Shown here piece by piece: positions 1 through 7,233 of a stretch of DNA of 64,000 nucleotides. The number at the start of each line of letters is the position of its first letter. The first letter of the stretch is position 1. The DNA is from Aggregatilineales bacterium (GTDB taxonomy: Bacteria; Chloroflexota; Anaerolineae; Aggregatilineales; Phototrophicaceae). The DNA is taken from positions 3,285-67,284 of the forward strand of contig JBGAFZ010000010.1 in assembly GCA_044227005.1 (NCBI GenBank), written 5' to 3'. The position numbers and the translations under genes were made by a program. The notes under the pieces were generated by a model. The model had not been told where the DNA came from. It worked only from the letters and a program-made list of their open reading frames with translations, and made no database searches.

Positions 1-1622
1 TTCGTTTGCGTCAGGCCGACGGGCAGTATATCGATACTGAATCAAATGCAACGACTCTCCTTGATGAGAACGGCAATTATCAGGGGGGTATCTTCGTCAC
101 CCGCGATGTCACCGAGCGTAAACGCCTCGAAAAAGCCCTGCGCCTGAGCGAAGAAAATCTGCGCCTCATCACCGATAATGTGCTGGATTTAATCCTGCTA
201 ACGGATGGAACCGGTCATGCTAATTTCGTGAGTCCATCTTTTAAAACGGTATTAGGTTACGATCACCACACCCTCCAGAACGTGTTGGTATGGGATTATG
301 TCCATCCGGACGACCTTGACCGTGTGAGCAAGCTATTCATGGAAACGCGGAATGCGGGGCTTGATCAGCTTGAATTTCAATGCAGGCTGCGTCATGCCGA
401 CGGGCATTATGTTGAAGCTGAAACATCAGCCCGTTTTGTCCCCAACGAGTACGGTGAGTTTATTGCGACTGTGCTCGTCATCCGTGACATCACCGAACGT
501 AAGCAACTTGAAAATGCCCTGCAATACAGTGAAGAACGATTTCGCAGCATCACGGAAAACGTGGCTGATTTGATCGTCCTTACAGATGGAAACCGGCGCA
601 TTTCGTTTGCCAGTCCTTCCTATAAAACTATTCTGGGGTATGAGGTTGAAAAGCTGCAAAACACGCCTATATTTGATCTGGTTCATCCGAATGATGCTGA
701 TCACATCATGAATGTGACTTTGGCTGCGCGCAGCAATGGACAGCAGAACTTCGAGATCGAGCACCGTTTACGTCATGCCGATGGTCACTACATCGATGCT
801 GAGACTTCCGCTCGCTTCATTTATGGGGATGATGGTGAGGCGGTGGGCACGGTGCTGGTCACCCGCGACGTCAGCCAGCGTCATTATATGCAGGAACTCG
901 AAATCCAGCAGGAAAAACTCAAGACCGCACTGGAAAAGGAAAAGGAACTCAGCGATCTCAAAACCCGCATGATGGAACGCATCGCCCATGAATTCCGCAC
1001 CCCGCTGACGGTCATTCAAATCACGGTAGAGACCCTCACTGCCTATTACGAACGCCTCTCGCCCGAAAAACGTGCGGACAAGGTGCAAACACTGGCGAGA
1101 CAAATCCACCACATCACCAACATGCTGGACGAAATCAGCTTGGTGATTCGTGGCACCTTCCGCCCTGCGTCCGTCCATCGCACCACGGTTGATCTGACCA
1201 CCCTCTGCCGCCATATCGCTCATGAAGTATCCAACTCGTATCAACTGCCGGATAAATTCGTGCTATCGCTACCGGAAACCGCTCCCCTCTACGCCGACCC
1301 AGCCGTTTTAGAAAACGTCTTTCTGCACCTCCTGCGCAATACCATCCGCTATTCCAAACCCGCCGCACCTGTCCATGTCACTTTGCTCCCGTTCGACGAC
1401 CGCTATGAAATACGCATTGCTGATCAGGGCATCGGCATCCCGCCAGATGAACTCGCACGCATCTTCGATCCTTTCTTCCGTGGCACCAACATCAACGAAG
1501 TCGGCGGCCTCGGCATCGGCCTGACTATCGTCCGCGCCGCCATTGAAGCCCACAGCGGAACCATTGCTGTCGAGAGTCAGCTTAATGTAGGCACTACCTT
1601 CATCGTCACCCTGCCCTGTTAA
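1..1622 (+). CDS. PAS/PAC multi-domain sensor histidine kinase, C-terminal part (5' end lies upstream of the window)
   Basis: ORF is open to the window edge (track 6..1622). Three PAS/PAC-like modules, each with RHADGHY(I/V).AETSARF and a following TERK(R/Q)LE linker. H-box RIAHEFRTPL, N-box LLRNTIRYS, G1 DQGIGI, G2 GGLGIGL. Confidence 0.9.
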   Translation, partial: RLRQADGQYIDTESNATTLLDENGNYQGGIFVTRDVTERKRLEKALRLSEENLRLITDNVLDLILLTDGTGHANFVSPSFKTVLGYDHHTLQNVLVWDYVHPDDLDRVSKLFMETRNAGLDQLEFQCRLRHADGHYVEAETSARFVPNEYGEFIATVLVIRDITERKQLENALQYSEERFRSITENVADLIVLTDGNRRISFASPSYKTILGYEVEKLQNTPIFDLVHPNDADHIMNVTLAARSNGQQNFEIEHRLRHADGHYIDAETSARFIYGDDGEAVGTVLVTRDVSQRHYMQELEIQQEKLKTALEKEKELSDLKTRMMERIAHEFRTPLTVIQITVETLTAYYERLSPEKRADKVQTLARQIHHITNMLDEISLVIRGTFRPASVHRTTVDLTTLCRHIAHEVSNSYQLPDKFVLSLPETAPLYADPAVLENVFLHLLRNTIRYSKPAAPVHVTLLPFDDRYEIRIADQGIGIPPDELARIFDPFFRGTNINEVGGLGIGLTIVRAAIEAHSGTIAVESQLNVGTTFIVTLPC

Positions 1623-1788
1623 CTACCGGAGGATATGCGATGACATATCCTCTAGTGATGGATCCATTAAAAGGGACTTTCGTGGGTATAAGGGTGGTTG
1701 CTTAGGTCGCCGTACAAAGAACGGTTTTGCGTTACACTCTCCGAGTTGATCCCGGCCGCATGAAGTTTTTGAAGGCGTACAGGGAACC

Positions 1789-3933
1789 ATGACGAGAACC
1801 GTTATTATGAGGGGTGAGAAGATGCGTATCCTGATGCTGCTAAGCATGCTATTGTGTTTCAGTGTAGCCAGAGCAGAGTCAGGATTGAATATACAGGACA
1901 ACACGATGACTCCACGATCAGAATACCCGCGTCCGGATTTCCAACGCGACAACTGGTTGAATTTGAATGGAACATGGAATTTTGCGTTTGATCCTGATCA
2001 GGTGGGTCTCGAACAGAAGTGGTTTGAACCCGATAGTAAGGCCTTGCAACAGTCGATTGTCGTTCCATTCGCATGGCAAAGCAGACTGTCGGGGATTGCA
2101 GAAGCATCTCAGTATGAGGTGGCGTGGTATCAGCGCGTATTTACAGTTCCAGAGGGATGGGCAGATCAGCAGGTTGTACTGCACTTTGGCGCGGTTGATT
2201 ATGAGGCGCAGGTGTGGGTGAATGGTCAGGCTGCTGGTGAGCATGAGGGGGGATATACCCCTTTCGAGTTCGAGATCACAGACATGTTGATTGCGGGAGA
2301 AAATCAGGTTGTGGTGAGGGTTAAAGACCCGGCTGATCTTTCAGAAATTCCGCACGGGAAACAAAGTAGTAATCCACCCAATCCGTGGGATGATGTGGAT
2401 TTCACGACGGTGAGTGGAATCTGGCAGACGGTATGGTTAGAGGCGCGACCTGCCACTTACATCACACAGGTACACATCACACCGGATGTAGTCAACGCAC
2501 GAGCGATGATCGCAGTCACGGTGGAAGCGCCTGTGCCTGAAAACGCAAACCTTCAAATCACGGTTGAGGCTCCTGATAAACGCAGCGTGACGCAGACGCA
2601 AGCGCTGATGATTCAGGAAGCGAACACGGCGCAAACTTTTACCGTCACTGTCGATCTGAACGATCCGCTGTTATGGGAACCCGAAACGCCCAACCTGTAT
2701 ACGGTTGATTTGAAGTTGAGCACACCTGAGAAATCCACAGATCTACTTCACACCTATTTCGGTATGCGGAGCATCGCCGTGAGCGGGGAGAATATCCTGC
2801 TCAATGGGCATCCGATCTACCTCAGATCAGCACTGGTGCAAGGATATTGGGCTGATGGGCTTTATACCGCACCGAGTGATGAGGCGCTACGGGCTGATAT
2901 TATGTTGGGCAAACAATTGGGCTTTAACGGCCTGCGTATGCACCTCAAGATTGAAGATCCACGTTGGGCGTATTGGGCTGACCAGATCGGTATGCTTTTG
3001 TGGAATGATGTCCCCTGCCCTGTGCGCTTTACGGCGCTCGCCCGTAAACGGGTGACGCGTGATCTCGAAGCCATGATTGAGCGTGACTACAATCACCCGT
3101 CGATAGTGATCTGGAGTCCCTATAATGAGTCGTGGGGGCTGGAATTCCGCAGTACTGCTGATGTGCAGCAATACCTGATTGATCTGTATCAGCAAATCAG
3201 AGACCGAGATTCGACACGCCTGATTGTGGATAATTCCGGCTGGCGACATGTGAAAACCGACATTGCGGATTCGCATAAATATACGGCTAACACATGGGAG
3301 TGGAGCGATTACCTAACGCAATTGGAGTCCACACCGATGGCGGTTACGGTACTGGGTCATCCCTTCTTCGCGGAAGGACAGGCGTACAGCGGGCAACCGC
3401 TCATGGTTAGCGAATACGGAACTGGTTGGGGGGATGACCGTCCGGTTGACTTTCAGTGGCAGACGACAGAAATGCGCCGTCATAGCCGATTGATCGGGTA
3501 CACGTATACAGAATTGTATGATGTGGAACACGAATTGGCTGGTCTCGCTTACTACGATCGCAGCGTCAAAAAGATCGGGTATGACCTCGGAAGGGTCAAT
3601 ACATCGGATTTTATTAGCCTCGATTATCAGGGCAAATTGTTTGTAAAAGGCGGTCAAGTTGTTGATGTGCCGATCTTCATCAGTGCATATGGTCAGCCGG
3701 CATTATCAACAGTCATCGTCGATTGGCGACTGGAGCGCATCAGCGGCGAACCAACGACACTGCTCGAGGGGAGTTATGGCAGCCTTGAATTGACACCCTA
3801 TAGCGTTACCCATTTAACACCCCTATCGTTCACCATGCCCCAAAATGGTGGATCAGTGCGTTTGACGGTTGAAGTTCGGGCAGCGGATGGCACATTGAGG
3901 GCTTCTAATATCCTTCAGTTACGGGCTGTCTAG
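1789..3933 (+). CDS. Secreted glycoside hydrolase family 2 (beta-galactosidase/mannosidase/glucuronidase-like)
   Basis: 714-aa ORF. The real start is probably ATG 1822 (MRILMLLSMLLCFSVARA signal peptide, GAGGGG upstream). GH2 sugar-binding block HFGAVDYEAQVWVNGQAAGEHEGGYTPFEFEIT and catalytic-type WSPYNESWG. Paralog of 40310..42100. Confidence 0.8.
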   Translation: MTRTVIMRGEKMRILMLLSMLLCFSVARAESGLNIQDNTMTPRSEYPRPDFQRDNWLNLNGTWNFAFDPDQVGLEQKWFEPDSKALQQSIVVPFAWQSRLSGIAEASQYEVAWYQRVFTVPEGWADQQVVLHFGAVDYEAQVWVNGQAAGEHEGGYTPFEFEITDMLIAGENQVVVRVKDPADLSEIPHGKQSSNPPNPWDDVDFTTVSGIWQTVWLEARPATYITQVHITPDVVNARAMIAVTVEAPVPENANLQITVEAPDKRSVTQTQALMIQEANTAQTFTVTVDLNDPLLWEPETPNLYTVDLKLSTPEKSTDLLHTYFGMRSIAVSGENILLNGHPIYLRSALVQGYWADGLYTAPSDEALRADIMLGKQLGFNGLRMHLKIEDPRWAYWADQIGMLLWNDVPCPVRFTALARKRVTRDLEAMIERDYNHPSIVIWSPYNESWGLEFRSTADVQQYLIDLYQQIRDRDSTRLIVDNSGWRHVKTDIADSHKYTANTWEWSDYLTQLESTPMAVTVLGHPFFAEGQAYSGQPLMVSEYGTGWGDDRPVDFQWQTTEMRRHSRLIGYTYTELYDVEHELAGLAYYDRSVKKIGYDLGRVNTSDFISLDYQGKLFVKGGQVVDVPIFISAYGQPALSTVIVDWRLERISGEPTTLLEGSYGSLELTPYSVTHLTPLSFTMPQNGGSVRLTVEVRAADGTLRASNILQLRAV

Positions 3934-4109
3934 ATAAACGGTTCAGCTATGGCAAAAACTTCGCAAACTTCATAGCTTGTGCAGTTTGTGCCGCCCACAG
4001 GACTTCCTACGGTCGCTGAATTGACGGCGGGATTAGGGGAGCGAACCGCTCGGTGTGGATTTTTGTAGGGCGGGCGGTTCGGGTGGTGCTGCCGCGTGCA
4101 GTGGTTGAT

Positions 4110-4131
4110 GGGAGCACACACAGGTGCTCCC
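4110..4131. repeat. 22-bp perfect palindrome GGGAGCACACACAGGTGCTCCC, copy 1 (REP-like)
   Basis: Seen directly. The same 29-nt string TGGGAGCACACACAGGTGCTCCCCTACAA recurs at 4460-4488. Confidence 0.85.
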
Positions 4132-4264
4132 CTACAATCCGTGCTTTGCTATTTGTGTCAGAAGCATAACATCACATACTTTGTCACCATTACAAGTATC
4201 ATATCAGAACAAAAGTTCATCATTTGCAAGCATTTTGGGTTCGCGTTTCCAAACTTTTGAGGGC

Positions 4265-4354
4265 GTGGGGAAGCGGCAACTCAGGTTATATGTGGCGTGT
4301 TTTCGCGGTCATATTGGTGATCCGTTTCAGTCCGAAAGCTTATGAAGACTTACA
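4265..4354 (+). repeat. About 90-nt conserved noncoding module, copy 1 (GTGGG(G)AAGCGGCAACTCAGGTTATATGTGGCGTGTTTTCGCG...CCGTTTCAGTC.GAAAGCTT...GACTTACA)
   Basis: Direct repeat with 4586-4674 at roughly 88% identity by eye. Lies in an 890-bp gene-free stretch. Confidence 0.8.
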
Positions 4355-4460
4355 CTGTTGCGGTTCAGAAGGTCATGGACAAAATGATGGATCAATTAAG
4401 AGAGACTTTCATGGGCAATGGAGGGGGAAAAAGAGTTGGGACAAAAACTCAGTAGTCGTT

Positions 4461-4482
4461 GGGAGCACACACAGGTGCTCCC
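4461..4482. repeat. 22-bp perfect palindrome GGGAGCACACACAGGTGCTCCC, copy 2
   Basis: Identical to 4110-4131, and the flanking CTACAA is also shared. Confidence 0.85.
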
Positions 4483-4585
4483 CTACAACCGATTCTTTGG
4501 AACGTTAGACGTCATGTCGTTTGTAACCACTCCTGAGTTTAATGATGGTGGTTGTAAAGTTCGCGGCGGTTGGTTTGGAAAATGC

Positions 4586-4674
4586 GTGGGAAGCGGCAAC
4601 TCAGGTTATATGTGGCGTGTTTTCGCGCTCATCTTGTTAATCCGTTTCAGTCTGAAAGCTTTTGGCGACTTACA
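4586..4674 (+). repeat. About 90-nt conserved noncoding module, copy 2
   Basis: Direct repeat of 4265-4354. As in copy 1, the palindrome unit sits 100-150 nt upstream. Confidence 0.8.
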
Positions 4675-4823
4675 TAAGTTGTATTCAATATAATTATAGA
4701 TAGTTACACAATTACACATCGCGATGTAATTCCTATCGAAGAATGGCATCGAAAAGTAGATTCGTTTGGATGGTATATCGACCTTAATGATATTCCATTT
4801 TATATAAAACCATAGGTAATTGT

Positions 4824-5237
4824 ATGAAAACGCTAGATGAAAATGATCGTGTAGCAATTTTACGTGGCAATCAGGAAGCTCAGTTGGTTTGGGGAAACTG
4901 GAGAGAAAAAGATAGTGAATGGCTTTATTCGGACATACAAATCGAATGTAGTTGGTATATTGCAATTCTATCTATCGAATTCAGCCTCGATAAACTTAAA
5001 GAGTTCGATAAACAACTACAAAATTACGAAAATTTACGTGTTTCTGAATTCTATCCTGAGTACGGGGATTATTTCGGACTTTCGCTATCTTTAAAACCGA
5101 CAGGCATTAGTACTGTGAAAGGGGATGTGGCAGCGAAACATCCATTTCCTGCGCCTAGTCGATTAACCTATGAATTTGAATCGGAATTTTCGTCTATTCT
5201 GACTTTTGCAAATCAAATTAGAAATCTCGTCAGGTGA
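4824..5237 (+). CDS. Hypothetical protein (137 aa) in an AT-rich islet
   Basis: ATG ORF in a locally AT-rich segment (about 4680-5240). No recognisable motifs and no signal peptide. Palindromic AATTAC-AC-ATCGCGAT-GTAATT sits about 95 nt upstream. Confidence 0.5.
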   Translation: MKTLDENDRVAILRGNQEAQLVWGNWREKDSEWLYSDIQIECSWYIAILSIEFSLDKLKEFDKQLQNYENLRVSEFYPEYGDYFGLSLSLKPTGISTVKGDVAAKHPFPAPSRLTYEFESEFSSILTFANQIRNLVR

Positions 5238-5338
5238 ATATATTGTTTATGTTGCGGTTCAATTCATTGGGGTATTGGCTGTGTGTTCTGTGGGTGTTTG
5301 TGGTAAAACGTAGTGCAGTGGGTTAGAGGGGTTTTATT

Positions 5339-6634
5339 TTGGCATTACGGATTACAACGGCGATGGTGTATTCGAGCCATCATTATCAAGCACGGTTGAG
5401 CAACAGTGTGACGGTGGGCGAGGTGGCGCGGTATCTGGCGCATTATGAGACGCGGATTGAGGCGAGCACACTTGAAGTCGCGCGGGCGGTTAAATCCAAT
5501 CAACGGCTGCAAGACCTTGATCTGCAACCGGGGGATCGGCTGGTGGTGTTCACTCAGGCGGCGCAACCGGTGGAACTCCCTGCCCCACTACGTGCGGGGG
5601 ATCGGTTACTGCGGGTGCGGCTGGGCAGCTTCGAGATGACATCACGCGGGAAACGGCGGTTGTTGATCGGACGACCGGACGCGATGCAGAACACGATACC
5701 GGATGTGGATTTGCGTTACTTCGTGCCGCCTAACGCGCTGGATACGATTGCCCAGAGCGCGATCCAGTTGCAGTTGCAGGGGGGCATCTGGTACGCGTCG
5801 AAGCAGGGATCGGTGCGGGTGATGCTGGATGAGCTGGAGCTGGGGAATACGCCGGTGATGCTCAACCAGAGCCAGTGGGTGCGGTTGTACCGGATGACTG
5901 ATGATCCGCGACAGGGACACCTGCCGATGTGTGAGTTGCAAATCCAACAAGAGGTGGCACAGGCGGCAGAGGACGCGCCGCACCTTCAGAGTGGTGCGCA
6001 GGCGATCCAAATGCGGGTGGGTTTGGAGAAGGAAAGCCAAGTCTTGAAGGCGTCGGAGAACGTCAGTACGGGGCAGCTTGCAAGCAGTCTGGCGGCGTAT
6101 AACCAGATGACGTTGACGACGGATATGCAGGTGTATGTGATGCGGTTGGTTCCGCCGCAACTGCGGTTGGAGGCACTGGCGCGGGATGAGAGCGCGTTTT
6201 TGTATACGGCGCTGAATTTGCGGTATGCGCGGAACCTGTTAATGCTGCGGGATATTCATAATCGGGCGCAGGTGTATGTGCTTTCGGGGAGCCGTGAGGA
6301 CGGTGAGAAGTTGATCGGGTGCAGACCGGAGAGCGGTGCGCATCATGTGGGGTTGGATGTGGATTTGTACGATTCGATTGTGGCGCAGGGGCACGATCCA
6401 CGCCTGTTTAATACGTTGTCGCCGTATTATGGACGCATCCTGTATAACGCGGCAGACGAAAGCTGGCGCATCCGATTGGAAGAACGGGCGCATGTGCCGC
6501 TGTTCATCAACAATGCGCGGGTGACGAGCAGCGCTCCGGTGCAATTGACGAGCGGGGATGTGCTGAGTTTCGGGCCGAGTATCACGACGTATTATGCGCG
6601 GTTGGAAGTGGAGTTGAGTTCGAAGGCGGAGTAG
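5339..6634 (+). CDS. YukD/EsaB-like ubiquitin-fold N-terminus fused to two degenerate FHA-like modules (type VII secretion-associated type)
   Basis: TTG start with GAGGGG 8 nt upstream. N-terminal about 75 aa ends in ..LQPGDRLVVF (beta-grasp-like pattern). First FHA-like block LLIGRP..DVDL....; second ..LSPYYGRILY...FINNARV...LTSGDVLSFG. No TM segment. Two WXG100-like genes follow downstream. Confidence 0.65.
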   Translation: MALRITTAMVYSSHHYQARLSNSVTVGEVARYLAHYETRIEASTLEVARAVKSNQRLQDLDLQPGDRLVVFTQAAQPVELPAPLRAGDRLLRVRLGSFEMTSRGKRRLLIGRPDAMQNTIPDVDLRYFVPPNALDTIAQSAIQLQLQGGIWYASKQGSVRVMLDELELGNTPVMLNQSQWVRLYRMTDDPRQGHLPMCELQIQQEVAQAAEDAPHLQSGAQAIQMRVGLEKESQVLKASENVSTGQLASSLAAYNQMTLTTDMQVYVMRLVPPQLRLEALARDESAFLYTALNLRYARNLLMLRDIHNRAQVYVLSGSREDGEKLIGCRPESGAHHVGLDVDLYDSIVAQGHDPRLFNTLSPYYGRILYNAADESWRIRLEERAHVPLFINNARVTSSAPVQLTSGDVLSFGPSITTYYARLEVELSSKAE

Positions 6635-6696
6635 TGGGAAGTTAAAAGTTAACAGTTGCAAGTTGCAAGACAAAGGCAAGTACGATTGAGAAGGCA

Positions 6697-7108
6697 AAGG
6701 CATTTTTACCACAGAGGCACAGAGAGTTTGAGAGAAAAAGCAGAATTGAACCGCCAAGTCGCAGAGGACGCCAAGGGGATGGCTGAGAAGACAATGCATT
6801 TTTTACCACAGAGGCACTGAGAGTTTGAGAGAAGAATAGGCTATTTCAACCGCTGACGCGCTGAGGAATGGCGGAGTAAGAAGATTGAACCGCCAAGTCG
6901 CCAAGGACGCCAAGGGGATGGCTGAGAATTCAATGCGTTTTTACCACAGAGGCACTGAGAGTTTGAGAGAAAAGGCAGAATTGAACCGCCAAGTCGCAGA
7001 GGACGCCAAGGGGATGGCTGAGAATTCAATGCGTTTTTACCACAGAGGCACTGAGAGTTTGAGAGAAAAGGCAGAATTGAACCGCCAAGTCGCCAAGAAC
7101 GCCAAGAT
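6697..7108 (+). repeat. Tandem array of four 96-97-bp units (TTTACCACAGAGGCAC(T/A)GAGAGTTTGAGAGAAAAGGCAGAATTGAACCGCCAAGTCGC(A/C)(G/A)AGGACGCCAAGGGGATGGCTGAGAATTCAATGCG)
   Basis: Unit starts at about 6706, 6803, 6941 and 7037. The third interval carries an insertion of about 41 bp. Sub-motifs recur at 9138, 15181-15345 and 19224-19330. Confidence 0.9.
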
Positions 7109-7233
7109 CATACAGAGAAGTTTGATATGGGCAGGGATCGCCAAGGGGATGAGAAGGCAGAGAAAACAGAAGGCTATAGGGTGGCGTAAGGGGAAATTGG
7201 TTTATGATGGAATGAAGGTCGTTATTATTTAAA

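Noticed and set aside
4224-4693. ORFs 4224-4508 and 4418-4693 in the gene-free stretch.
   Set aside because: Both are open only because they read through the duplicated 90-nt module (shared GSGNSGYMWRVFA.IL.IRFS). They have no SD. I judged the region noncoding.
5642-6799. Long minus-strand ORFs (5642-6160, 6063-6401 and 6239-6799) opposite the YukD-FHA gene.
   Set aside because: Their Arg/His/Pro-rich low-complexity translations are characteristic of the reverse frame of a GC-skewed coding region. They have no SD or motifs.
6697-7108. Possible CRISPR array, given regularly spaced repeats.
   Set aside because: Whole units of about 96 bp repeat head-to-tail with no unique spacers. The unit length is far outside CRISPR repeat size, and no cas genes are present.
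6885-7232. 115-aa ORF (NRQVAKDAKGMAENSMRFYHRGTESLREKAEL repeated).
   Set aside because: It is only the in-frame translation of the 96-bp tandem DNA repeat. It has no SD. The same words occur in other intergenic copies in other frames (15184-15369 and 19175-19606). I treat it as noncoding repeat DNA.
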